Assembly (NCBI RefSeq): GCF_014695975.1
Contig: NZ_JACJPI010000082.1
Span: 56,568 to 88,567 of the forward strand
Source of the DNA: Leptolyngbya sp. FACHB-321
Lineage (GTDB): Bacteria; Cyanobacteriota; Cyanobacteriia; Leptolyngbyales; Leptolyngbyaceae
DNA: 32,000 nucleotides
Direction: 5' to 3'
Shown here: piece by piece, positions 22,309 to 30,265 of the stretch
Position numbering within the stretch: position 1 is the stretch's first letter
Layout of the letters: each line of letters starts with the position of its first letter
Made by a program: the position numbers and the translations under genes
The notes under the pieces: generated by a model
Told to the model about the DNA's origin: nothing
What the model saw: the letters and a program-made list of their open reading frames with translations, nothing else
Databases searched by the model: none

Positions 22309-22503
22309 AGAATTAAACGACACTTTAAAGAATTAGCTTCCCTTTCTCCCAGAGAGACTCAGAAGGCGTATAATCCCTACTCTACAGCAGTTTCACGCCT
22401 CTCAACGCCTTTTATTTTCTTTAAGCAATTCTTAAATCAAAATACTTCCTTTTCCTTTCAGAGCTTGCTAAAGTGCTTTAAAGCAAATTGCTTCCCTTTT
22501 AGC
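22299..22503 (+). repeat. putative TnsB-binding repeats of the transposon end
   Basis: tgtACATTAAAGAATTAAAC (22299-), cACTTTAAAGAATTAGCTTCCCTTT (22321-), inverted ttctttaagcaattcttaaat (22418-), and tgCTTTAAAGCAAATTGCTTCCCTTT (22474-). Confidence 0.5.
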
Positions 22504-22518
22504 AAGCGAAGGAGTGTC

Positions 22519-24564
22519 ATGACGGCTCAACCAGAGGAAGATGAGAAAATGCCTGAGTCGTCAGGTTTAGAGGCTCAGAAGGAAACACAAGAGCACTCTC
22601 CCCTGCTATTGAACGACATATCACCAGAACTGCAACGGAAGATTGATCTGATTGATGCGGTGACTCAGGCTTCTGATAAGAAAGCGCGCCGGGAGGCGAT
22701 CGATAGGGCAGCCAAGGAGCTAGGAAGAACACCCCGCAGAATTCGGACGCTGGTGCAGCGTGTCGAGAGCGGTGAAGGACCAGCCGTGCTGGCAGTGGGT
22801 CGCAAAGACAAGGGGCAGTTTCGCATCCCAGAGCATTGGTTCAAGTTTGTTATTGCTACCTACGAATGGGGGCAGAAACAAGGTTCCCGGATGAATAAGA
22901 ATCAGGTTCACAAGAAGCTGAAAACATTAGCAACCCAAGGGGAGAGGCTACGCGATAAGAACTATAGAAAGCAATTCATGGGTCATCGCAAAGTACGTGA
23001 GGACTTAGTTGCAGGCAACTGCCCGTCCCATGTCACTGTCTCTAAAGTCATTGACTTTTACCTTAAGGGGAAGAACAAGAACGTTCGTCACCCGGGCTCT
23101 CCGGCTGAAGGACAAATCATCCAGACGACTGAAGGCATTCTGGAGCTTGGATACAGTAATCAAATCTGGCAGTGTGACCATACCAAGCTGGATATTCTAC
23201 TGGTCGATGAGAAGGGTGACACGATATTAGAACTTGACGATGCGGGCGAAGAGGTTTGGGGACGCCCTTACCTGACGCTGATCGCAGACAGCTACTCAGG
23301 GTGTATCGTGGGGTTTTACCTTGGGTTAGAACCCGCAGGCTCCCATGAAGTGGGTCTTGCCCTACGCCATGCAATGCTGCCCAAACAGTACGGACCAGAG
23401 TACGAACTGGAGACTAAGGAGATTGCTTTTGGTAAACCAGAGTACTGGCTGACCGATCGCGCTAAGGAGTTCAAATCAAAGCATCTTCAACTGATCTCGA
23501 TGCAGGCAAGTTTTAAGCGACGATTACGAGCTTTTCCTCAAGCGGGTGGCTTGATCGAAACAATCTTTGACACCTTGAACAAAGAATTGCTATCACTACT
23601 GCCAGGTTACACAGGATCTAATGTTAAGGAACGCCCTAAAGATGCAGAAAAGCACGCTTGCATCACGCTCAAAGAACTTGAGAAGCGTTTAGTAAGATAC
23701 TTCTTCGATAATTACAACTGGAGCAAATACCCTAGAGTCGAACACCAAAAGCGCCATGAACGTTGGCGTTCTATGCTGCTAGCAGAACCAGAGGTTTTAG
23801 ACGAGCGGAGTCTGGATGTCTGCTTGATGAAGGTTGCTCACCGTAAGGTTGAAAAGTACGGCAGCGTTGAGTTTGCGCGGCTGATCTATCAGGGTGACTG
23901 TTTGATTCCCTATCAAGGAGAGGAAATTTCTCTTCGGTATGACGAACGGAACATCACTGCGCTTTTGGCTTACACTCGCCCCGTTGACGGACAGCCGGGT
24001 CAGTATATTGGTGCTGCTTATGCTCGTGATTTACAGCAAGACCAGATTTCGCTGGAGGAACTGCGCTGGTACAAGCGGGAGCTCTGTAAGCGAGGTGTTG
24101 AGGTTAATCACGATTCGATCGTTGCTGAACGGTTGGGACTGTATGAATTCATTGATGAGAAGCGTCAGTCCAAGCGGCAGCGTCGCAAGCAGGCGAACCA
24201 GGAGCATCAGCAGCAGACGAACACTTCCAAAGTGGTTGAACTTTTCCCTCAGAATCAGTCGGTTGAGACGCATCCAGACCCTCAACCCGGTTCTGAAGCT
24301 TTTGCCAGCCAGTCCCAAGCTGGCAATACAACGAACTCTACTTCGCTATCGCAGTCGCTTCCTGAGCCGTCGTCCTTGGTTAACGTTCCAGATAGTACGG
24401 TTGAAAACCAGGCAGGTGCTGAAGCTATCTCCGAGTCAATTGTTGATCAGGTCTCAAGGTCTGACGAAGCCTCCGATGAATCTTCTTTATCTAATGCTGT
24501 AGACTTTTCCTATGAACCAGTCGTTGCTTACGATTGGGATCAACTTCTTGCGGATAACTGGTAA
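22519..24564 (+). CDS. tnsB: Tn7-like transposase TnsB (DDE/rve, Mu-type)
   Basis: GAAGGAG lies upstream of ATG 22519 (the listed TTG 22465 is less likely). The DDE triad is IWQCDHTKLD, YWLTDRAKEF, and 34 aa later GGLIETIF. The C-terminal tail …VAYDWDQLLADNW resembles TnsC-interaction hooks. Confidence 0.9.
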   Translation: MTAQPEEDEKMPESSGLEAQKETQEHSPLLLNDISPELQRKIDLIDAVTQASDKKARREAIDRAAKELGRTPRRIRTLVQRVESGEGPAVLAVGRKDKGQFRIPEHWFKFVIATYEWGQKQGSRMNKNQVHKKLKTLATQGERLRDKNYRKQFMGHRKVREDLVAGNCPSHVTVSKVIDFYLKGKNKNVRHPGSPAEGQIIQTTEGILELGYSNQIWQCDHTKLDILLVDEKGDTILELDDAGEEVWGRPYLTLIADSYSGCIVGFYLGLEPAGSHEVGLALRHAMLPKQYGPEYELETKEIAFGKPEYWLTDRAKEFKSKHLQLISMQASFKRRLRAFPQAGGLIETIFDTLNKELLSLLPGYTGSNVKERPKDAEKHACITLKELEKRLVRYFFDNYNWSKYPRVEHQKRHERWRSMLLAEPEVLDERSLDVCLMKVAHRKVEKYGSVEFARLIYQGDCLIPYQGEEISLRYDERNITALLAYTRPVDGQPGQYIGAAYARDLQQDQISLEELRWYKRELCKRGVEVNHDSIVAERLGLYEFIDEKRQSKRQRRKQANQEHQQQTNTSKVVELFPQNQSVETHPDPQPGSEAFASQSQAGNTTNSTSLSQSLPEPSSLVNVPDSTVENQAGAEAISESIVDQVSRSDEASDESSLSNAVDFSYEPVVAYDWDQLLADNW

Positions 24565-24570
24565 CTGGAA

Positions 24571-25506
24571 ATGGCTCAACCTCACCCCATCCCACAACCA
24601 AATGAGCGATCGCAACCAGTCCCTAGCCAATACCCAGCCAACCTCGCGCCTCCCCAGCCTATTGAGGCAGTGCCCCAGCGATCGCCCGAGTTACAGGTTG
24701 AAGTTGACCGCATTCGTGACAGTGAAACTTACACAGCCGTTGCTCGTGACCAACTCCTGTTCGACTGGCTGTCTTCGCAGCGAGAATCACGTGCCAGTGG
24801 CTTTGTCTTTGGAGTGAATTTTGGAGATTTGAGGAAATCTTGCCAATTTTATCAGATGCAATACGTGCGGAAACGGGGAAACCTATTCCTGACTCCCATG
24901 CCAGTGCTCTACACTGACGTTGAACAGTACGGTTCCCCGACTGACCTTTTTATTAGCATCACTCAGGCAGCAGGGAACCCCTTCGCAGGCATGGGATCGT
25001 TACGGGATTTGAGAAAACAAGCGATCGGTACGCTGAACAAATTTCAAACGAGAACTCTGATTATTGGTTATGCAGAAGCTTTGTCTGTTGAGGCGCTCAA
25101 AGAACTTGTAAAAATGAGGCGAGATCTAAAAATTTCGATTATTCTTGCTGGTTCTATGTCCTTATTTGAGTTCTTTGACCAACTTGATAAGCAGCGTGGT
25201 CAAAAATACAAGGAGATTAGGAACGCCTTTCTTGATTGCTGCCAATATCAGCGGTTCGAGCAGAACCAAATAGAGACAATGCTCGAAAGATGGGAACTTC
25301 AAGTCTTAGGCTCCTGGTCTAAGCAGCTTAATTTGAAGGCGATTCCTGGCGTTCCTAACTTCCTCTATACCCGTTGTGGAGGGCAGGCTGAACCTTTGTA
25401 TGAGATGCTACGCCAAATAGCAATTCAAGCGTTAGACGAACCGCTACAAATCAGCACAGCCACCCTCACAAAGCTATTCATATCGAAGCGAGTAGCAGGC
25501 ACATAA
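24571..25506 (+). CDS. tnsC: TnsC/TniB-like AAA+ protein with degenerate Walker A and Walker B motifs
   Basis: It sits between tnsB and tniQ. …LFDWLSSQRESRASGFVFGVNFGDLRKSC…MPVLYTDVEQYGSPTDLF…TRTLIIGYAEAL…ISIILAGS… aligns with ShCAST TnsC as I remember it. However, there is no GxxxxGK[ST] and no hhhhDE anywhere in the 311 aa. Confidence 0.8.
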   Translation: MAQPHPIPQPNERSQPVPSQYPANLAPPQPIEAVPQRSPELQVEVDRIRDSETYTAVARDQLLFDWLSSQRESRASGFVFGVNFGDLRKSCQFYQMQYVRKRGNLFLTPMPVLYTDVEQYGSPTDLFISITQAAGNPFAGMGSLRDLRKQAIGTLNKFQTRTLIIGYAEALSVEALKELVKMRRDLKISIILAGSMSLFEFFDQLDKQRGQKYKEIRNAFLDCCQYQRFEQNQIETMLERWELQVLGSWSKQLNLKAIPGVPNFLYTRCGGQAEPLYEMLRQIAIQALDEPLQISTATLTKLFISKRVAGT

Positions 25507-25567
25507 GCAGCCAGCTTGCTGTGGAGGGCTATGTTTTTCTACAACCTGTAGATTTGAAGGGCAAAGT

Positions 25568-26086
25568 ATGTCTAACGAGACAGACGAAGGATTTGAGTTA
25601 CCACGCTGGTGTCCAGACCCCTTGGAAGGCGAGAGTATCGCCAGCTATCTCGTGCGGTTTCGATCGCAAGAAGTTAGTGCTATGTCTACCATCGGTAGTC
25701 TAAGCAGAGAGCTACGACTGGGTACGGCTTTAGGGCGCTGGGAAAAGTTTCGCTTCAATCCCTTTCCCAGCGTTCAAGAAATTGAGCTATTTTGTAACCG
25801 TCTTGGTCTGGAGGTGGAAAAACTAATTCCAACCTTTCCATCTAAAGAACAAAAAATGAAGCTGGAACCAATTCGGTTGTGCGCTTCTTGCTATGCAGAT
25901 GCCCCTTATCACAGATTAGAATGGCAGTTTAAAGCAATAGCAGGCTGTCATAGACACCAAGTACGTTTGCTTCACAAATGTCCATCTTGTGAGAGACTAT
26001 TCTCGATTCCAGAATTAATTACTGAAGAGAAATGCAAGTGTGGGATGTATTTTCGGAGAATGTCCAGACACCAGAAGCGTTTCTAA
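25568..26086 (+). CDS. tniQ: short TniQ (172 aa), CAST V-K-type
   Basis: …PLEGESIASYLVRFRSQ…GRWEKFRFNPFPSVQEIE…EPIRLCASCYADAPYHRLEWQFKAIAGCHRHQVRLLHKCPSCERLF…. It has a zinc-ribbon Cys/His pattern and lacks the long TnsD-like C-terminal DNA-binding part. Confidence 0.88.
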   Translation: MSNETDEGFELPRWCPDPLEGESIASYLVRFRSQEVSAMSTIGSLSRELRLGTALGRWEKFRFNPFPSVQEIELFCNRLGLEVEKLIPTFPSKEQKMKLEPIRLCASCYADAPYHRLEWQFKAIAGCHRHQVRLLHKCPSCERLFSIPELITEEKCKCGMYFRRMSRHQKRF

Positions 26087-26123
26087 AGAAAGGTTTTCTT
26101 TTTAAGAATATATTACTTTACCT

Positions 26124-26330
26124 TGTACTAAAAGCTGAATGTTATTACACCTAATTGAGTAGCAGTTCAAAGCTAAATTCACTTCAAGGTGCGATCGTCA
26201 TAAGCTCAAACTGTTAATGAAATGCTCAGGATGTGAGCAGCCATTTCCAATTCCTTCATTTTGGCTAGAAGGAAAATTCCAAAACAAAAAATGCGGTATG
26301 CAAGAATGGCGAAGCACCAGAAGTCCGTAC
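26124..26330 (+). pseudogene. decayed 3' fragment of a second tniQ
   Basis: In-frame reading gives CTKS*MLLHLIE*QFKAKFTSRCDRHKLKLLMKCSGCEQPFPIPSFWLEGKFQNKKCGMQEW…, with stops TGA 26136 and TAG 26160 (where TniQ has Trp). It parallels …CYA…YHRLEWQFKAIAGCHRHQVRLLHKCPSCERLFSIPEL… and is closer still to ShCAST CDRHQLKILAKCPNCQAPFKMPALWEDG (from memory). Confidence 0.6.
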
Positions 26331-26467
26331 TCTATTAAGGCATACAACGTTCAATTATTTATTCGCTTATCGTTCACACACATTCAGATAGCTTTCCTTT
26401 TTTAAGGAAGGAGGGCAATCGCTCCGCCTATCCCTTCAGTACTTCCAGTAGTTTGGGCTTCGTGACA

Positions 26468-26650
26468 TGTACAGTGACTTTTTATGTGTTGTGGAGACAC
26501 ATTAGTGTCGTTAAAGCAGCAAGCCAAACCAAGCTAGCTTTAGGTGAAAAAGCCAGCTTGGCAATCCTGATGACTTAAGGCGGTCACTGAGCAAACTCTC
26601 TCTGTTGCAGGAATTGCAGAGAGTTTGCTCAGTGACACAAATTTGTCTCG
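26468..26650 (+). mobile_element. second Tn7-like terminal sequence, ShCAST-like (TGTACA + GTGAC…TGTC-type repeats), in the same orientation as the 22299 end
   Basis: TGTACA 26468-26473. S1 GTGACTTTTTATGTGTTGT (26474-26492); S2 GGAGACACATTAGTGTCGTT (26493-26512, dyad GACAC-ATTA-GTGTC); S3 GTGACACAAATTTGTCTCG (26632-26650). Compare the ShCAST end TGTACAGTGACAAATTATCTGTCGT as I remember it. Confidence 0.5.
26583..26636 (+). other. 19-bp perfect inverted repeat (long hairpin or operator), 16-nt loop
   Basis: gtcactgagcaaactctct (26583-26601) pairs with agagagtttgctcagtgac (26618-26636). It ends 14 nt before ATG 26651 and has no T tract. Confidence 0.7.
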
Positions 26651-27067
26651 ATGTCATTTATTTTGGTACTGGGCGCGGAAGCCCAGCAGTTTTTTACCGC
26701 TCAGGCACAGCAAGGGTCAGTTAGTCTCGTCAGCACAGATGTCGTGGCACCAGAGGAAGCCGAACAACCTTTGAGTGAGGAAGCAGTGATGCCAGGTGGG
26801 TTTGGACGAGCGCAACCGCAACGCCAAGGTAGTAAGACTGCTTTGCAGGAAATCCGGTCACTAAGTGTTGTGTCTCAACAGCCAGTGCAGGAACCTGATG
26901 TTGATCGGACAATGCAGGCAGAAGTGGCAGCGTTCTTTGCCCAGTACCAGCAAGAGTATCCAGAAGAATTGGCTCTCGCGTGGTCGGCTGGTGTTTATAA
27001 CCCGTTGGCAACGGTCGATTTACTAGCAGTGGGTGCTCGCTTTCTGGAGCCAGAAGAGGAAGACTAG
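26651..27067 (+). CDS. hypothetical acidic protein
   Basis: A 138-aa ORF with no motif I recognise. It is Gln/Glu-rich, and its coding status is only moderately supported. Confidence 0.45.
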   Translation: MSFILVLGAEAQQFFTAQAQQGSVSLVSTDVVAPEEAEQPLSEEAVMPGGFGRAQPQRQGSKTALQEIRSLSVVSQQPVQEPDVDRTMQAEVAAFFAQYQQEYPEELALAWSAGVYNPLATVDLLAVGARFLEPEEED

Positions 27068-27208
27068 CTGGCTTTAGCACGTATGGTGAGCTGGCTCTTA
27101 GTCGAGGATGAACTGGATGCCATTTTATTTCACAGCGCCACCACCAGACTTTGCGTTGGAACAAGCTGACTGGTATGTGCGACCAGATTTGACGACGTTT
27201 CTACGTTT

Positions 27209-27424
27209 TTGGAGTCACCCGTGTTGTTGCGTGCGGTGGTGCAGCAGTATCCCATGACTGAAGCGAGCCTTCGAGCGGCGATCGACCAGAAAGTTACGGC
27301 GTTAGGTTGGCAACCAGGGCAACTGGAGCAGTTCATCCAGGAGTGCTTTGAGCAGCCAGAAAAGGCTTTGAAGACAAGCGACTGGTCACTCTTGCTGTTT
27401 GAGTTGCAGTTTCAGGCAGACTGA
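27209..27424 (+). CDS. hypothetical protein; possibly the 3' part of a frameshifted 102-aa gene starting at ATG 27117
   Basis: The listed ORF starts at TTG 27209, inside a T5 run (27206-27210). The frame from ATG 27117 encodes MPFYFTAPPPDFALEQADWYVRPDLTTFLRF and would join it with a -1 shift in the T run. Confidence 0.45.
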   Translation: MESPVLLRAVVQQYPMTEASLRAAIDQKVTALGWQPGQLEQFIQECFEQPEKALKTSDWSLLLFELQFQAD

Positions 27425-27439
27425 GACGGCACTCACATA

Positions 27440-27475
27440 GGCAGGCAATCCTCTTTTGAAATCAAAAGGTCTGCC
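27440..27475 (+). terminator. weak candidate terminator hairpin
   Basis: GGCAG…CTCTTTTGaaaTCAAAAGg…CTGCC lies 16 nt after stop 27422-27424. It has no clear T tract. Confidence 0.25.
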
Positions 27476-27598
27476 GCCCGTATAGCTCTTTAGGGCTGAG
27501 TCGGGATTATTTAGCACCTAATCCAAGTTGGTTGAAGTTTATGGCTTGATGGGCACACTGAGGCAGATGCTAATCAAACTTTACCTAGATAAAATCTC

Positions 27599-30217
27599 AT
27601 GATTGTGAGTGCCTCTTCTTCTAGTTCCTCATCTACAGCAGTTGATATTTTATCTAAACTGCTGAACCAGCCGCTTCAAGAGCAGGCAGTGAAGCCGTTA
27701 GCAGTTTATCTGGGTGCACTAGCTGCTGTACTAGTTGGTGTTGCCCATGCTGATAGTCAGGTTACCGAAGAAGAGAAGCAACGACTGGGGAAGATTTTAA
27801 CCCAGTTTATGCCGTCGGGCAGTGCGTTGCACAACGTGGCGCGATCGCTGGTGCAAGGTGTGCATGCTAGCAAAATTTATGCGAAGCCAGCAGAATTAGC
27901 AACGCTAACGACTTTATTGACTGAATCCGAAAAGCTGTTGCTGATTATGTTGGGCTACGAGATGGCAACTGCCGACAGCGACCTAAACCCTAAAGAACAG
28001 AAATATCTCCGCATTATTGCTCAGCATTTACAGCTGAAGGAGGAATGGATCGTGGCGCTGGAGGCAGCTTTGGTACACCAGCAAATGAGCGCTGCTCTAA
28101 GTGAAGTACGCTATTTGCTTGATCCAGCTAGATTTCAAGCGCTTGATCCAGTGTTTGCGAAAGCTGCCAACCAGATGCTGCTACGACTGCCCGAAAGTGC
28201 TAAGTCTCATCAGACAGGCGTGCAAGTCGGTTACGAAACCTTAGCAAGTTTTCAAGCCCAAAGGCAACAGTTAGATCGTTTTTGCGGTGAGCTTTGGCAA
28301 ACGATGTCAGAGTGCAACGATCGCGCTCCATTACCTCAGCATTTAACAACTGGTCTGCAAAAGATCTCTCAAAGGCTACAATCCCAAAAGTTTCGTGTCG
28401 CTGTAGTGGGCGAATTTAGTCAAGGAAAATCGACGTTGCTGAACGCTCTGTTAGGAGAAGAAATTCAGCCGACGCGAGTGATTCCGTGCAGTGGCAGCAT
28501 TACCGTACTGCGGTACGGTGAGCAAAAGCGAGTGCTTTGTCGCTATCGCAATGGGCAAGAAGAAAGCATTCCTTTGGGTGATTACCAGGCTAGAGCGTCC
28601 ATTCCTGACGATGTCGCTCTGGGCAATCGAGAAGCGGCACTCACTTCTGATGTTTTAGAAATTGTGTATGAGCATCCTGGCTTGGCGCTCTGTCGGCATG
28701 GGGTTGAGTTGATTGATTCACCTGGCTTAAACGAGCATCCTGAGCGTACCCGCATCACCAACCAGCTGTTAGAAAACGTGGATGCGGTCATCTTTTTAGT
28801 AAATGCTTCACGTCCCATGACTCAGGGGGAACGGGAGCTACTACACAGCTTAAGGTTGAAACTAAATGGAGAGCAGGTCGATCAACCTGCTAATAATCTT
28901 TTTGTGTTGGTGAATTTTATGGATTTGCTGCGGCGTGAGCATGATCGCCAGCAGGTGCGGCAGTTAATTGAAAATTGCGTTTTCGGCGACAGCCCAATCC
29001 TTGAAAACTCAAAGCAACTCCACTTTATTTCCGCTCAGGCGGCTCTAGAGGCAATCACCGATGGCGATGACCAAAACGATTATTTGCAGACTTTTCGAAG
29101 TTTTACGCAGGTCTTGGAAACATTTCTTACACGAGAGCGAGGTGCACTCGTTAATCAACGCTGCCAAGCTGATCTGCATCGTGTGATACAGGCACTAACG
29201 TTGCAACTGAACCAAGCAGAAGAAACTATGGTTGGCAAAGTTGCCTTCTCAAAGACTGCTCAGCAGGACATTCTAAGCAAAATTGGTGAAGCTAGCGGCT
29301 ACCTAGCTAATTTGCAAACCCTCATAGAAGAGACCAGTGATCAGAAGCGGGCTGCGGTGCAGCGCCTTAAAATCAACCAGTACTTGGAGAACTGTATTGG
29401 TCAGAAAGCTGCCTCCTGGTGCTCTGAGCAGCGTGAGAAAAGCAAGGTGATTACAGAATTTGGTGATAAGTTCCAATCGGCTTTGTCAGATGCCATTGGC
29501 GAATGGACGCAAAACACTGTCATTCAAGAAACGCTCACAGCCACGCTCAAAACAATTGACTCCAACATCCACAGTAAAATTTACCAGTTCCAAAAGAGTG
29601 CAGAAGCGATCGATCAGGGAACAGGTTCGCAACTTGCTGCCCAATTGAATTTAAGCCTCAATCAAGTGGCTCCCCAGTTTAAGTTCAACGCAGCAGTTGG
29701 CTCAGACAATTGGGATGCTGCCTGGGATATTGGCATTGGGAGTATTAGTGGGTTAGGTGGAGGTGGCTTACTGGCTGGCGGTGCGGCGCTTGCCGTCAGT
29801 AGTGTTGCCTTCTTTCCGCTAGTGCTAACAGGTGGCGCAATTATCGGTATCGCTGCTGCCGGGGCAGCTTTGGGCACAGCCATTGGGGGTGTCATCGGCT
29901 TTTTCACACCGCCTGACCAAGAAGCGATCAGGCAAGCAGTGGTTAAAGAAGGGTTCCAGCAGTTTTATGCCCAGGATGGCACCGGGCAACTAATGCGTTC
30001 GCTCGATGTCTTAGTCAAAAGTTTGTTCGATCAAAGACTGGTAACCATCCAAACTGTCACTCGCCAATATATGGCTCTACTCAATGCGTTGTTAATTGAT
30101 TCACAAACCGCACACACCTTGACCTTGGCTGAAACTGCCGCAGAACAGCAGTGGTATCAAGAACAGCACAGTAAGTTAGTCACTTTTCAGTCTCGGCTCG
30201 ATGCTTTGTTGGCTTAA
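27599..30217 (+). CDS. TerB-like domain fused to a dynamin-family GTPase with a C-terminal Gly/Ala-rich membrane hairpin
   Basis: TerB-like halves: …VGVAHADSQVTEEEKQRLGKIL… and …EMATADSDLNPKEQKYLRIIAQHL…. GTPase G1 FRVAVVGEFSQGKSTLLNALLG (28409-), G3 ELIDSPGLNEH, then VLVNFMD. Hydrophobic region GIGSISGLGGGGLLAGGAALAVSSVAFFPLVLTGGAIIGIAAAGAALGTAIGGVIGFF (about 29725-29900). Confidence 0.85.
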   Translation: MIVSASSSSSSSTAVDILSKLLNQPLQEQAVKPLAVYLGALAAVLVGVAHADSQVTEEEKQRLGKILTQFMPSGSALHNVARSLVQGVHASKIYAKPAELATLTTLLTESEKLLLIMLGYEMATADSDLNPKEQKYLRIIAQHLQLKEEWIVALEAALVHQQMSAALSEVRYLLDPARFQALDPVFAKAANQMLLRLPESAKSHQTGVQVGYETLASFQAQRQQLDRFCGELWQTMSECNDRAPLPQHLTTGLQKISQRLQSQKFRVAVVGEFSQGKSTLLNALLGEEIQPTRVIPCSGSITVLRYGEQKRVLCRYRNGQEESIPLGDYQARASIPDDVALGNREAALTSDVLEIVYEHPGLALCRHGVELIDSPGLNEHPERTRITNQLLENVDAVIFLVNASRPMTQGERELLHSLRLKLNGEQVDQPANNLFVLVNFMDLLRREHDRQQVRQLIENCVFGDSPILENSKQLHFISAQAALEAITDGDDQNDYLQTFRSFTQVLETFLTRERGALVNQRCQADLHRVIQALTLQLNQAEETMVGKVAFSKTAQQDILSKIGEASGYLANLQTLIEETSDQKRAAVQRLKINQYLENCIGQKAASWCSEQREKSKVITEFGDKFQSALSDAIGEWTQNTVIQETLTATLKTIDSNIHSKIYQFQKSAEAIDQGTGSQLAAQLNLSLNQVAPQFKFNAAVGSDNWDAAWDIGIGSISGLGGGGLLAGGAALAVSSVAFFPLVLTGGAIIGIAAAGAALGTAIGGVIGFFTPPDQEAIRQAVVKEGFQQFYAQDGTGQLMRSLDVLVKSLFDQRLVTIQTVTRQYMALLNALLIDSQTAHTLTLAETAAEQQWYQEQHSKLVTFQSRLDALLA

Positions 30218-30265
30218 ACCTTACAGTTGTTCAGTTTTTGCCTAACACTTAACCACTACACGAGT

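Larger units (their letters stand above)
22299..26086 (+). mobile_element. Tn7-like transposon: tnsB-proximal end plus tnsB-tnsC-tniQ core (no tnsA, short TniQ = CAST type V-K-like gene set). The distal end is not identified and may lie beyond the window
   Basis: Terminal TGTACA at 22299, then repeated ACWTTAAAGAATTA / CTTTAAAG..GCTTCCCTTT motifs in the 220 bp before tnsB. The gene order and protein similarity to ShCAST TnsB/TnsC/TniQ are judged from memory. Confidence 0.8.

Noticed and set aside
27530-27537. GGTTGAAG upstream of the dynamin gene, resembling the …GGTTGAAAG 3' end of V-K CRISPR repeats (a possible delocalised crRNA)
   Set aside because: It is one base off, with no second repeat and no nearby cas12k or tracrRNA. 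I could not match the following 20 nt to the insertion-site flank (22200-22298). It is most likely chance.
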